A DNA stretch of 64,000 bases from Chrysomallon squamiferum (lineage: Eukaryota > Animalia > Mollusca), in NCBI GenBank assembly GCA_012295275.1, contig CM022673.1, forward strand, positions 26,908,001-26,972,000, read 5' to 3'. Numbering within the stretch: position 1 is the stretch's first letter; every line of letters begins with the position of its first letter. Below are positions 27,828 to 50,965 of the stretch, piece by piece. The notes beneath the pieces were generated by a model. The model ran no database searches. It was not told the origin of the DNA and saw nothing but the letters and a program-made list of their open reading frames with translations. The translations under genes and the position numbers were made by a program.

Positions 27828-28979
27828 GTTGTTAGAGATTTTTTGAAGATCAAGTGAAATTGTACTTGGCAGTGAGTATGTCAGACTCTTGGTAGCGAGT
27901 CTCATTGTCGATTTATAACATCAAGAGGAAATAAGAAGGGGTAAAAAAAACGAAGAAGAAGAAGAAGAAGAAGAAGAAAAAAAAGCCCTACAATGTTCTA
28001 GTTTTCAAACTACAAAGGCAAGAAGTGAAAGCTAAATCGACAGAGAATATTAATTACGATCGTTTGAAGCCGGCTTATACTTCCCTTTGATGTGTTCTCG
28101 TTTCTCACCGAAAGACGTATCGCTCAACAAACAGAAACATGTACGTACATCTATCACGGCTCGTGCCAAAATGAAAACAGTTCCACGTAAAATCGTTTAA
28201 AGATTTTTTAAATGTTCAAATGTTAATGATAGTTATCACTACTGTGCAAACACAGCCTGCTTGCTTCGTCTCTGATGTCTGTATCGCGCACCTAAAACGT
28301 CTTTATTTATATTCTTTCGTTTTTTGCCTAGATGCCAGTCGCTGACGTTTTAATCTAAATACAGCGTGTCTTTGTTTATGTCTTTATGTACTCTTTGGAA
28401 ATATTTCAGTCAATATCTTTCTATTTTTATATTGCGTAAACAGAGATAATTTGTTTTTAATTTGTTTTTTGTTTTGTTTTTTAAATTTAGACGTAATCTA
28501 TCACATATTTGAAGAACTAAAGGATTTTTCACGTCTTTCTCTGATATAAATGTTCAGATATATATAAATAACAACATTACACACACACACACATAAATAC
28601 ATCCATCCATATATAAAATAACAACACATATATATATATTCGACCATACATACACACATATACATACATATATACACAGAGATACATCTATACACATAAC
28701 AAAATTACATACATACATATAAAGATTGTACGGGGTCATGCAATTTCATCTGTGACAAATGAGGACAGCCGATTGTCGATTTGTTTTCGTTATTAACGAA
28801 GTTAGTGATTTGCGATTTTAACCTCAATTCTACAAAGTTACGCTAGGATTAAACATTAAACACCACCTTTAATTTCACAGCTACAGTTATTATTTTATTT
28901 ATTTATTCATTCATTCAGGCTTTCCACACATCAGGTACAATTATGTCCGCTAACTGTTTGCGATAACATAACAAACAAC

Positions 28980-29300
28980 TCGAGTACGGCACCCGACATC
29001 GAAGTCGGCGGCGAAAACTACAACAGTATCAATTAATTTATTCGCGATTGATCTGGCCGCCAGCCAATCAGATCGAGGCGCTGTGTTCAACACGAGGTTA
29101 TCGTGATATCCCGTCGGCCAATCTGAGGCGGATTCCTGGTTAGCTGTAAAACGCGATTAACTTGTTAAAGACTTGGGACGGCTTTGATGATCACACGAGT
29201 CACTGGGAGCTGAGCATGCGTAGTGAAAGTGTGTTTACATTCGATGTGGAGATCACACGTTTTCATACACCAGTTAGCGGGGAGACCTAACGGCCGCTAC
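28980..29300 (+). promoter_or_regulatory. CpG-rich promoter of the C13-like gene with two CCAAT boxes
   Basis: GCCAATCAG near 29063 and GCCAATCTG near 29117 in a CpG-enriched island 400-700 nt upstream of ATG 29691. Confidence 0.5.
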
Positions 29301-29690
29301 TTAGTACAGAAGCTTCTATTAATTACCTTTTTTTTTTAAACGCATCGACGTACGACAATTACCTATTTTATAAAGCAACATTTGAAAAAAAAAAATGGAC
29401 TCTTGCGAAAACAACGTCATGGATGTAATAAATAAAACTTGGAATAACTTTTGTGGAATAAATTTCACGTCTCTCTGTAGTGACAAGGAATTTAGCAGAT
29501 TATAACCCTCGTACTTACCTTCTCTTGATTTATGCGACAAAAGTTTGATCTTCAGTTTGTGTATATACTGTATTACATATATATTATATAAACATACTAC
29601 GGGTTTATCTATCTGTCTACGTTACGGGGTTTCACTTAAAACACTTCACACTAAACTGAACTCCAGCAGTCGTTTATCTTGTCAGCTGAA

Positions 29691-36224
<6,534 letters not shown>

Positions 36225-36376
36225 CAGTGAAAATGAGTTGTGATCGCTGGTAATTTTTTTTTGTGTGTGTTTAGTGTTTTGGTTAATTTGGCCGATGTTT
36301 TTATGTTTGAGTCTAATAGGTTTTTTTTTTGGTTTTGGGGGTTTTAATTTCAGTCAGTGGTTTACCAATGTGAATT

Positions 36377-36408
<32 letters not shown>

Positions 36409-36519
36409 TTTAAGTCTTCTCAAATGTGTATCGGTCAGATACCGATTTTATTTTTTGTGTTTAAATTATTCCCCCCGTTTATGTGTTTCAGCATTAAGTG
36501 TAACAGTTGTTCATGTCTC

Positions 36520-37316
36520 AATCAGTCTGCAACTGATCAGTTTATATTTCAGTCTGACATTAATGTTTTGGGTGGTCCCAGTTACAATGAACCTCGTTTG
36601 TGTCTCACTGATTCCTGTTTTGTATTTCAGTCTGGAATTAGTATTTGTCTAAATTCGATATTGACTTTGTGTTTCGTAAATCTGACCCTGGAGTATGCTT
36701 GACATTATCTTTGTTTCTCAGTCTGACATTAACTTTATATTAGTCTGACGCTGATGTATGTCTCAGTATGACATTAACTTTATGTTTCAGTCTGACATTA
36801 ACTATATGTTAGTCTGACGCTGATGTATCTCTCAGTCTGACATTAACTTTATGTTAGTCTGACGCTGATGTATGTCTCAGTCTGACATTAACTTTATGTT
36901 TCAGTCTGACACTGTAGTATGTCTAGGTCTGATATTAAATATGTGTTTCAGTCTGACATTGGTGTATGTCTCAGTTTGACATTAACTTTATGTTTCAGTC
37001 TGACATTGGTGTATGCCTCAGTTTGACATTAACTTTATGTTTTAGTCTGACATTGGTGTATGTCTCAGTCTGACATTAACTTTATGTTTCAATCTGACAC
37101 TGGAGTATGTCTCAATCTAACATTAACATGTGTTTCAATCTGACACTGGAGTACGTCTCAGTCTGACATTAACACGTTTCAATCTGACACTGGAGTATGT
37201 CTCAGTCTGACACTGCTGTGTCATTAAATATGTGTTTCAGTCTGATGCGCGTCTCAATTTGACATTAATTTTTGTCTCAATCTGACATTAAATTATATGT
37301 TTCAGTCTGACACTGG
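36520..37316. repeat. Second array of the same CAGTCTGACA minisatellite, downstream of the stop codon
   Basis: Same two unit types and orientation as 34023-34476; degenerate at 36520-36700, cleaner at 36715-37316. Confidence 0.9.
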
Positions 37317-38019
37317 TCCACTGATTTTGGTTCTGATTTTGTGATTCACTTCGTCCACGGAACATGAATGTGCATTTCATTTGTGTTTAAACAGCCTCAG
37401 CGTGTTTTAGCTTAGTTCTCGAATTTGTCATAATTTAAAATTTTGTCCACAATTTGTTTTGTGCAGTATTTAACCCTCGTCAACATAGAATTCGCACTCG
37501 AGAATTTTTTTTTTTTTTTTTTTTTTTATGGCTGTTATGGATGCAGATTTTCTCCAAAGAAAGTGTTTATTTTTTATTCAGAGAAAGTTAGAAGTGTTTG
37601 GTTCAGTGTTGTGGTTTGTACGAGATGTGTCTTTGGTACAGTTCACCACATGACAACTAAAACGAGCTTTAACTTACAAAAAAAGTATTTTATTTGTTAG
37701 CCTATAAGCATCTGTAAAATTTTATATATATAAATAAACATGTCAAAAAACAACAACAAACAGGTGTTTTAAATAACGTCTTGTCAAAACAACAGTACAG
37801 ATGTTCATATATTTTAATAATTACAGTTATTATTTTTACAGTTCCAGTATTTCCTTTGGCGTGTGTGTTCTTGATTACAATACACGTTCATAATACATAT
37901 TGAAAATTCGCGTTTGAATAGATGTTCACAACATATGTTTATAAATACATATTCACAACATAGATTAAACACAACGTGTTTACAAAATATATACAGAGAA
38001 ATTCATCTGTTGGCATTCG

Positions 38020-38200
38020 ATGGCCACGCCATTTAATTAGCAGCAAGGAATATTTAATATGTACCTTCCCAAATACCGGATAATACAAGTCATGTCCTTT
38101 GACCAACCAGTCACACGGTATTGTCTGGAATGAGAAAAATTATAAAATACGAAACTAAGAAGAACTGATCCCTGACCATTTCTGATTCAGACACCTGTTT
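38020..38200 (-). mobile_element. Possible degenerate SINE-like dispersed repeat fragment
   Basis: TTAGCAGCAAGGAATATTTAATATGTACCTTCCCA...CCTTTG..CCAGTC..CTGGAATGAGAAAA resembles, from memory, an abundant gastropod SINE body; not verified by search. Confidence 0.3.
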
Positions 38201-38356
38201 TGACCACGTCGTTACTGTTATTATCATCTTTATCATCGTCACCGTTATCGTCTTCATTATTGTACTGTTTATAACAGAGGAATTTATTTTCGAGCGTTTC
38301 TGCTGTTTATATAAACATAATGCAACACAGCTGTGCCAGAAAATAAAGACTGTCTG

Positions 38357-38387
<31 letters not shown>

Positions 38388-38493
38388 GATTAATTTGGGA
38401 GAGGGAAAATGTACAGGTAAAAATCTAAAGAAGCAACGTGAATGACGACACCCGTAAAAATAACAACAACCACAACAACAAAGACAACAGCAA

Positions 38494-38534
<41 letters not shown>

Positions 38535-38659
38535 AATAACAGCAACATAAAAAGTGACATTCATAAGAAATAGGGAGTAAAAAAATATATATAAATAAAT
38601 TAATTAATTAATTAATTTTAAAAAAAGGGTGAAAACTGATACAGAATGGTATTAAGATT

Positions 38660-38715
<56 letters not shown>

Positions 38716-39272
38716 CAAATAAATAAAAATTAATAATTATAAAAAAAAATTAGGTGAAACCACACCAACAAAAACAACAGCAACACAAAAGATCCGGAAT
38801 AATTTAAATTTAAATTTAATTTTTTATTTTAAATTCACGAAATTGGTAATAAATATAAACGTTTATTTCCTGTGGTATGTGAACTTGTCTATGAATCCAA
38901 TTTGAAGGAAGATATACTATGTAATCGGACCGTCTTGATGATTTATTTAATCGCTTGTTTATTTTATTCAGCTTTTGCCAAAAACACACACACACACAAA
39001 AACAACAACCCCAAAACCCCCAACAGCAAAGAGCAATAAATACAAAGTCATTCAGACACCGTATTGCACGAGTTAGTTCCCTTGTCATGGTTCTAACGTT
39101 TGACGGTTTGAAACGGAGATATAAGGTAACTGCAGTAGTAGTGTAAAATGTTAAGAAAACCTGTAAACTGCAAACATTTCTCCTTCTCAACGCACTATTT
39201 TGAATAAAAAAAACTAATGAAACAAAATGACTGATCAAAAACAGTATAACAACAATTACTTAGTAGTAGTAT

Positions 39273-39322
<50 letters not shown>

Positions 39323-39917
39323 ATAATAATAAGAAGAAGAAGAATAATAATAATAATAAAAAGAAGAAAAAGAAGTAGAAATATAGAAATAGTAGCATTT
39401 AGCAATAACAGTATTTGTAGTCATAGCTGTAGTAGCAGCAGTAGTAGTAATAGTAGATGACGTACCAGGAGCGTTAACAGGAGCAATACTAGAAGCAGAA
39501 GTAGTAGTAGCCGTAATGGTTGGGATAGAAGTGGTAGTGGTAGTAATAAAACTACTAATATCAAAATTGGAAACAGATAAAACTGGATGTCGGAGACTAA
39601 ATCATTCGCGAGATTTCGCGAGATTTTGCGAGAACGCCTTTATTTGTTTTTAAACATCTCATACACCTTTTTCAGTTACTTTTTTCCCTTTGTTTACTAT
39701 CTTTCCTTTATCCTTTTTTTTTATTTTTTTTTTTTTTTATTTATATTTTTTTTAATTATTATTATTTATTATTTTTGCATTCTTTCTTTCTATTTTTGAC
39801 GGCAAAACTATTATATGTCAATGTTTAGTTAATTATTCATCGCCCATGCCATTAACGTTTATCAAACTACAGTAGAACGCGTCTGATTCCATCGGTATCA
39901 AAAGCGACTTATTGATC

Positions 39918-40025
39918 CACCCTTGGTAACAACACCTTGGTAAGAACACTTTGGTAAGAACACCTTGATAAGAACACCTTGATAAGAACACCTTGGTAAG
40001 AACACCTTGGTAAGAACACCTTGAT
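39918..40025. repeat. 14-bp minisatellite (CACCTTGGTAAGAA) x ~7
   Basis: Direct tandem copies visible. Confidence 0.92.
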
Positions 40026-41013
40026 TTGGATGTCCTTGAAGCTGAAACAAGTACTCAGTACTTAACTCTGAGTCACATCTTCACTATGTATGTACCTAGA
40101 AGTGTACCCGTGATTTAAAACTGAATTTAACTAACGTGAACAAAAACGACGACAATACCGGCAGCAGCAACGCATCTACTACAACAAGTATAACAACAGC
40201 GATAATAACAACAACAACAACTACAACAATAAGAGAATAATAATAATAATAATTTCAATAACAATAATGATAATAATAATACAATAACAACAACAACAAC
40301 AATAATAATAATAATAATAATACAACGACAATAACAACAACAACAACAACAAGAAAGAAAGAAAAAGAAGACGAAGAAGACGAAGAAGAACATAATGAAA
40401 CACATATATATTCATGAATGTACGATATACGTACGCATGCGTGAATGCATCTATGTATGTATATATACATACGCACGCACGCACGCACACAAACACTTGA
40501 CACTGACAAACAAACAGATAAATCATTTATATCTGTAATGGAATAATTTATGACATTCCCGAGTGTCATAACTTAAAACAATCAAATTAAATCGTCTTTC
40601 ATCGCCTGATAATTGCATGTCTTCCGAGATGTGTTTGAAACATAACAAGTGAAATACAGAACTACCCGCATTATTTGTCTTTGTTCTCCAGTATCGTTTA
40701 AAGATAAGCAGCACAGCCTTCAGATAAAAACCCAGAAGGTTAAAACGTGCGATCCCTAAAGGGCGTATGGTAGTATATATATATATACACACAGTCTTAT
40801 TTTTTTTAGCTGTTGGGATGTGTGCCTTGCTTGTTGTTTTGTTGTATACGACAAATGGTAAGAAAAGAAAGATTTATTGGTTAAGTAAAATGTCAAAGTG
40901 GAGCGGATTCGGAGTGAACTGGCTTCAGGCGAGGTTTAAGTGTCTCCAAACTTTGGACTGTTTAAGATTTCTGTCATCACATTTCCCCCTCCACGCTAGC
41001 TATTTAAAGGTGG

Positions 41014-41049
<36 letters not shown>

Positions 41050-41068
41050 TGTGTGTCTGTGTGTGTGT

Positions 41069-41105
<37 letters not shown>

Positions 41106-41709
41106 TGTGTGTGTGTGTGTGTGTGTGTGTCTGTGATGGTATCTGTGTTTGTTTGTTAGCTTAAAGTTTTATAAAGATAACGTGCATGATCGGGATATTA
41201 AAATATCACTTTTTTACATTTCTCTGTCGTTTATTATCGTCAACATCATCATCATCATTGTTGTTGTTATTGTTGTTGTTGTTATAATTACTATTACTAT
41301 TATTATTATTATTATTATTGTTATTATTATTGCTGTTGTTATTATTATTATTATTATTATTGTTGTTGTTCTTGTTTATCATCATCATCATCATCATCAT
41401 CATTGTCTTTGTTTGGTGTGTAAACATGAATCGCGTGACAATTGTAAACTCCAGTAAAGAATAATTTTGTTTTTCTCAGTTTCACATTTTTGCCACTCAT
41501 TCACAACTGCCAGATGTTTTGTATACCAAGCGGTACAACGCAGCCCGCGAGGACAAGACGTTAACGAAGATAAGACCGATGATATATCTCCGAATATTTT
41601 CAAGCTCACGGAACAAAGGGAATTTATCTCTATCACTGACTGTGCTGACTCCGCATCTTACCTGACACCGAGTTTGTTTTGTCACGAATCAGTTTTACAT
41701 TTCACTCTA

Positions 41710-41763
41710 AGATACATACATACGTATACACATATACACATATACACATATACACATACACAC

Positions 41764-41797
<34 letters not shown>

Positions 41798-42058
41798 ATA
41801 TATGTATGTGTGTATGTATATATATATATACATATACGCATATATACAAATCCATACACAGTACAAACACATAAATACATACACATATACACATACATAC
41901 ACACATATACACATATGTATGCATATACATATGCACATGCATACAGTCATACACAACATACATTCGTATTCATACATACGCACATATATTCACATGAACT
42001 TATATATATACAAACACACTCACTCACACTTACATTATCAGTTTATATATATAAATAT

Positions 42059-42093
<35 letters not shown>

Positions 42094-42120
42094 CACCCCC
42101 ACACATATATATACATATAT
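41710..42120. repeat. TA/CA low-complexity array
   Basis: Mixed (TA)n, (CA)n and TACA repeats. Confidence 0.85.
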
Positions 42121-42387
42121 AAAATGAAACCAAAACTAAATCACACCTACACACAAACAGCTTATCATAAATAGTTAATGTTAATATAATTCTCCCTTAC
42201 ACGAGAGAAATCTTTTGAGCTCGCGCGTTGCTAGGATTCAATCAAAAGCAGACGGCGACACATGCCGTCTGCTATGCGAATTTGATATTCCACGTGACAA
42301 CAATTACGTCGTAGCAGCTGTTACTTCGACGACGTCAGCATGCATGCATCATGCAGTGTTTTCTAAATTCGTTGGATTGTGCAAAAA

Positions 42388-42420
<33 letters not shown>

Positions 42421-42588
42421 ATGACAATAAATGTTGTTTCCGTATGTTTTGGGAAAATGAATTGTTTTTCAGATAAATAATTAGCCGTAATTCTATGAAT
42501 TCTCGATGCTTTGAAATGGACGTTTGTTATTTTTTACTGTTATTATTGTTGTGGTGTTATTATTACTTTGCATTAGAAATATATTTTT

Positions 42589-42692
<104 letters not shown>

Positions 42693-43116
42693 ACTCTCAT
42701 CGTATTGTTTTTAATAGTTTTAATATTTTCTAAACTATGTGATAATATATATCATATATATCATCTTCCTGTCATCTTGTACTTGAACACTAGCTGCATT
42801 TTCAAACAAACATGTTTAAAACTGAATTCAGTCTCTGCGAGGTTTGGCCTCCAACCTCAGTTATGCATATGAAAGATCAGAGACTACAAAGGGCAGCTTG
42901 TTATTTTATATTTTTATGCTTGTCGCCTGTATAAATAAAACACTTGAACTGTTTGAAAACTAGGACATTGTATCACTGCATAATTTACTATTATTATTTA
43001 TTATTATTATTATTATTTTTTTTTTTTTGACAATTTATTTTTGGGGTTATCAGGGACGGACCAATTTTAATAAGGAACATGGCGTACAACAGTTCGTAGG
43101 TTGTTATATCTTTCAT

Positions 43117-44118
<1,002 letters not shown>

Positions 44119-44487
44119 CTTCTTTAGAAGATGAAACAAAGAGTGGGGTGGGGGTAAGCTCCGCCTCTTCCCTCCCCCTCCAGAATCATTTGCAGCTACT
44201 GCCTGTTTTAATTTTTTAATTTTATTTTTCTGTTAATAATTTATCAAGCAGTGTTTTCTATTGTTCGTCTCCAGCTAGGAATACACTGGTTTTTCGTATC
44301 GCGTAACGTGTGACGCAATTAATCACGTTTTCATTGTGTACTCATATTTCACAAATAATTCATTATATCGCGAGGTAACCAATTAATGTGACAAATTACC
44401 AATCCATGGTAAAATTATATATTTATACAGGCCTATATATCTATATTTGTGGTTTCGTGTGTTGGGCCATTAGAGGTGATATATGTA

Positions 44488-44530
<43 letters not shown>

Positions 44531-44790
44531 TAGTTATTTATTGTTATTTGTGTTATTGTTATTGTCATCATCGTCATTATCATCATCATCATCATCATCA
44601 TCGTTATTATTAACTATAAATTACAGTATTTATATTACTGATATAATCTGGTCGCTGTATACAAACTAAGTGTCTGTAACTGATTTGAAATGACATTCAA
44701 GGCGTTATGGTCTAAATTGACTGAATGGTCGTAAAATATTTACTTGCTCAAAAGAAAAGTAATATGTATATATGTATGTGTCTCTCTCTC

Positions 44791-44832
<42 letters not shown>

Positions 44833-45107
44833 TGTGTGTGCTTGGGTGCATATGTGTGTGTGATTTAATAAATAACGTTCTTTATTTGTTATACTCTGGG
44901 TATATGTTTATATCGATGCACCAGATTCAGATTCGTTCGAAAATATACGATTTACAATATTAAATTGATCCATAAAATCTATATTGACAAACCAGTTGCA
45001 TTTATACCTGAACCCTTTTCACAAAAACCCTTACACTCCTACGTACATTCTTCAGAGTCCAGTCACAGCAAACAAGTTATGTCAAGTAAAGCGTACAAAT
45101 TTGTCTA

Positions 45108-45220
<113 letters not shown>

Positions 45221-46612
45221 AGTTTTAAGAAAAAATTCTTACTTCTAATAAGCTTTCCGATACCAGATGACAAAACAGACTATTGTAAAATTTACGTTTT
45301 ATGTTTATTGTCATTCGCCAATAAAATAAACAAAATAAATATACCCAGTATTTTCAGAATTTTCTAAATATACGAAACAAATTTAATACTGAATGCGGTA
45401 TTTTGATGCTAAGGAAATCCTTCTTACAGCAAGAAATAATATGTACGTGATTATTTTTCATTCGATATCTTCAATTATTATTATTATTATTATTATTATT
45501 TATTATTATTATTTTTTATTATTATTATTATTATTTATTTATTTTTTTTTTTTTTTCCTTATTGCACAATAATAACATGATAAACAAAAGAGAGTTATCG
45601 TGCTTTGATGCTATAATCCCTTCTTACAACAAGCTAATATTTATTTTGGTGTCTGTTTCCCAGTACTTATATTCACCACATTTAAAATTCTTAGTAAATA
45701 TTCAAGTAAACAGATACATAAACATTAGTTCTGTTGAGAAGGTTTTTGAAAACATGAGAACAATGGGGTGTAAACCGTGTTCCTGCTGACGTCTATTGTC
45801 AGTCTGTTGGAGAGAAACTGCGTGGGAGTACAGGTGTTATCCAGTGATATAAAACAAAGGTAGAAGAGATAAAGGTGTTCGTTATTTCTATTGTGTTGGT
45901 TGTAAGAACCCGTGCTTTGTTAAAACACCTAATTACTAATGCGTAGTTTACCTGTGGAGATATGAAGAAGGAGAAAGAAATAGTCTAAATATATTCTGCA
46001 TTTGTCCTAGATAATTTTTATTTGTTTTGTTAAGTTTGAAATAAAAAGAATTATATGACCAATAAAAATAATTTAAAAGATCTGAATGCCGCTGAAGTCG
46101 TGATGTTTGCTTTAAAGGTTTTTTTTTTCTATTTCCACCGCTAGAAAAATAAAGTGTGCTATGACATCAGTTTCCTTTATATTTATCAAGCGTAGGCGAG
46201 AGAGAGAGAGAAAAAAAAATGTCTGACAGTCAGATACACACGTGATGACGTCACGATTCCGTTTGTTACAGACGTAAAATGGCGGCGTTCAAAATGTTTT
46301 GCAACAAATTTTTTTAGTTTCGTACTTTGACATCAGTGCTGTTAGGTGGCCCAAACTATTAAATAATAACTCGAAAGTATCAGTAATTTTATTAACAGAT
46401 TAATTTGTACTGCAACAAGAATACTTTAAACTGTCAGTATCTTCCGAAAATAGCCTACACTAATAAACAGATTCCTTTTTTTTTTTAAAACACTGTAGAT
46501 TTGATGCTAAGTTAATGCATTATACTTGATGTTCTGAAAAAAACAAATAATAATAATAATTAAATTTATAATAATAATAATAATAATAATACAACAGAAA
46601 AAAACAAATTAA

Positions 46613-46647
<35 letters not shown>

Positions 46648-48248
46648 CAGTAATGAAAAAAATCTTACAACAAGATTATACGTGTTATTTACGTCATCCA
46701 TATTTTCAGAAAATTTCTAGTGTAATCGTAGAAGACGTATAACACAAAAGAAAGCCATTTAAACTTGTCTTAATGCCAAGAAAACCTCTATCACAACAAA
46801 TAAATTATTTGTAAGTATTACGTAAACCATCTTTTGTGGAGACCCACCTTGCCCACGCAAATAGTTGCGTTAAAAAGACAAAACAGAGGTGACAAAGGTA
46901 ACTGATTAAAGACATTGCAGGGGTAGTTAACAAAAAGCTTATTGTATTAAACTGAAATTTGTGTATTGTTTTGTTTGTATCTCCACCATATTTTCATCAT
47001 GATCCAGCTTGAAACGAGCAGAATATTTCAATAATTATCACACAGTTAATACGTTTTCGTTGCTTTGATGTTAAGAATTCGCAAATATGCACATACTTTC
47101 ACTCAGTTTTACAGTATTATAATTCCAGTTTTCTAGTATTAATGGATAGAAGAAAGAAAAAAATGTTGTGCTACATTTTTTTTTCATGCAAGGTCAGTTC
47201 AAGGTTCAGGTGATCCATAAGGTCAATGTAAATGTCAAAAGGTCACCAGTGTTAAGCTTATTCCTGTGTATAAAAATTATGACAGTTTTGGAATCACTGT
47301 GTAACTGTTTGTCCGATTTTGCCAAAAATGAAAAATATCCACGTTTTCAGAACCAATTACCTTAAATACTAATTTTCAAATTTAAAAAAATAAAATAAAA
47401 ATGACACAAAAAATTAAAAAAAAAAGAAGAAAAAAAATTCATTTTACCATTATTTTATTGCTTCAGCAAAGACATTATTTAAAATCCAGCAATTATTACA
47501 ACTTGACAAGTGTTGCGTAAATCCGCAAGGGGCCCAGGAAGGGATCTAATATCTTGCTCTTTGACAACTTACCACGTGGGACCCACGTGAATTTAAATCA
47601 GACAGAAATAGTCAGAAAGGTCAGATGTAAAGACAGACAGACAGACAACCAGACAGAACGACAGAGAGAGAGAGATGATATTGCTGTTTATTATTCATTG
47701 TTTTTAATTTAGATTTTTCCGAACTCCTTTAAATTCTAAAGCTCTGCTTGAAAAGAGTGTTTGTTTATAAATTTAAATTACAGCATGTGAATTTTATGAA
47801 ATACTTTGACACATTTTCACAAAAAAGAGGAAATAAATAATAAATAAATAATGGTATTAGTACTACTACAACTCTGCTGCAGCTGCTACTACTACGACTA
47901 CTACTGCTGCTGCTGCTGCTGCTGCTACTACTACTACTACTGCTGCTGCTACTACTACTTCTACTTATACTAGGACTACTACCAAACGCCACTAATTCCC
48001 TAGGTAAACATCTGCACTAGGATTTTGAAATATAAACCTGTACACGGTGACATCCAAATAACGTAAGCCTGTATCTTTCTTTTCAGTTTAAGTTTAGTAT
48101 TATATGATAGTTTACGCTTCAGTTCGTCTGGAGATAATGTATGAATACTCTAGCTGTTTTGTATCAATTACTGTAATATTACACCAAAAGTAGCATGAAT
48201 CAGAAGTATAAAGTCAGCAATGGGATTTATATTTCATAGGAGGATTGG

Positions 48249-48289
<41 letters not shown>

Positions 48290-48362
48290 AATTAAATGCA
48301 AACAAAAGATTTGAAATAAGAGAACAATTTGAAACAAAAGATTTGAAATAAGAGAACAATTT

Positions 48363-48393
<31 letters not shown>

Positions 48394-49862
48394 TTGCAGT
48401 TATATTTTATTTTTTGTTATTACATGCATTTTATACCGGATATGACAACCTTGCAATAGAATTACACTTTATCGCACCCGTTTATGTAAAAGCTGCATCA
48501 ATAGTTGTATTTCCACTTAACTGGATTTCTATTTGCAAATCTAAAGAATAAACGTTGTTTAAAAAAAATAAAAAAAATAAAAATAAATAAAATGACCGAG
48601 TGGAGACAGCTTAGTTTGGTTTGAAATGTTCGCATTAGGGTCAGCGATAATTTTGATCAATGATAAATTAGGAGAGAGTCATTTTCACCTTTTCATAGAT
48701 CGAAATAAATAACCGTAGTGTCACATAGCAGTAACTGTAACAGAAGTAGATATAGTGGTAGTTGCAGTAACAGTAGTAGTCGTAGTGGTACCAGTTGCAG
48801 TAGAAATAGCAGCTGTAATGATAATACTAGATGTATAAGTAGTAACAGTAGTAGTGATGGTGGTGATGATGATGCTAAAGTAATAGCAGAATTAGCACTA
48901 ATATTTGTAGATTAATATGATTATTAGTATTTATTGTTATTTCCTCGATGTAAAACAATAATATAGTGCTTTGGGATTGCAAACAACATGAAAATGTATT
49001 TTAATTATTATTATAATTCTTGTTATTGTTGTTGTTGTTGTTGTTATTAAATAAATAAATAAATACGTCATCTATCTATATTTCAAATGAAATAAAATTA
49101 AGAAGCAATTAGTACGGTATGAAAAACGAAATTAAAATAATTCGCGACCAATACAAACCAAGTTATGATGTTCCCTAAAACACACTAAAATTCCACAGTT
49201 AGTCATGCATTCATTTACAAATAACAAAAACCAGCATTTCAGGTTTTCTTTTTGTGGACATGCGTATTTGTGACCTCACAATAAAATGTCACGGAAAAAA
49301 ACAAACAATATTGTGATGTGCCCTTTCAGTTTAATTATTTCTTTTATAGGAGGAAGAAGAGGGAAAATAATTATCTAAAATAATAAAATAAAATAAAACA
49401 AAAGCAAAAGAAAAACGAACAAAACAAAAAGAAAAATGAACAAAACAAAAAGAGAAAAAGCTGTAAAACAAGGAAGAAAATTACGTAATTAAGTAAGTTA
49501 GTAAATAATAACTAAACAAATAAAAATAAAATAAACAAACAAACAAACAAATAAATAAATAAATAAATAAATAAATTTAAAAATAATAAATACAAATATA
49601 AATAGAATAAAATAAATAATATAATTATTTGAAAAGAAATGTTAAAGTAACGAAGTGACAAACGTGTGAAATTTCACATACAGACCAGTTTTTTATTTAA
49701 ACCCATTTTCTTCAGTGACGTGTTAATCTGTCATGATTTGGACTTTTCTTAAAGATGATAACGTTATTTCATGAAGTGCGGGCTTCAGAAGTTTTGCAAA
49801 CGCAAACAAACAACAGTGCAAATAAATAAACAAATAAACAAATAAATAAACAAATAAACAAA

Positions 49863-49894
<32 letters not shown>

Positions 49895-50172
49895 AAAATG
49901 ACCACCGGTCACCAGCTGGTGTTATTTGCTCGTTTAAAGGATGTATTTGGTCAGTGCAGATGGTAGCCCATAAAAATTGCAGTCGAAATTATTGTTTACT
50001 TGACCACTGAGTTCGGAATTGAAAAAAAAAGATTTTAAAAAAAGAAAAGAAAGAAACAAGAAGAGGAAGTAAATAAAAAAGTTGCGAGCAGTTATTTTGA
50101 AAGTGGAGTATAATGAGCCAGTTTCATAGACAAAACGAAATACTCAAATAAACTTTCGTTATTTCTAACGCA

Positions 50173-50271
<99 letters not shown>

Positions 50272-50965
50272 ACAGACGCACACACTCAGAGACACACACA
50301 CACACAGACAGACACACACACACACAGACACACACACACAGTATTTTTCCGTCTACTCTCATTACGACCCCCTGTGTAACTCCATATGCCAAGCGTGGGT
50401 GCTGACATTGGGAGGACTGTTTCACGATTTCACGGTTCATTGACCAAGTATCACCAGAAAAACACCTTTACCTTATCGCTGGCAAACACACATACGCGCA
50501 CATTAGTCACCTGTCAAATAATTGTTTAAGCAGCAGCAGTTATTTGTCGACGGAAAGCAAAGTATTTGTCTTTCACGTAAAAAAGCGGAAACGGAGAAGT
50601 TAAGACGCATTGTGTGTGTGTGTGTGTGCGTGTGCGTTTGTATTTTTATGTTTTATATAAATATATATATTGTTTAAGATGGAACAGAGTATTTTATATA
50701 GTTAGATGATGGGGTTAGAAAAAAAAAAAAGGGCGTCATGTGACCCAGAGATATGTAAGATATGTTAGGTATTTTTTAGTGTTGCTCATCGGTTAGAAAT
50801 GCAGAGTTTGACACGTGGCAGATCGCAGGATCAAACCTTATCAGGCCACCCACTGGGATATTTGGTTCCACACAGGACCTCGATGAATAATTTACAAACG
50901 ATTATGATAAGCGCTTTCCTGCTCATGTACATATATGGGGAGTTTATTAACAAGTAAGCTCTAAT

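Noticed and set aside
41467-41700. Possible exon after TTTTCTCAG
   Set aside because: No donor before it runs into TA/CA repeats and no recognisable homology.
47180-47260. Cluster of AAGGTCA nuclear-receptor half-sites
   Set aside because: Such arrays are typical of abundant molluscan dispersed repeats; more likely a degenerate repeat than a response element.
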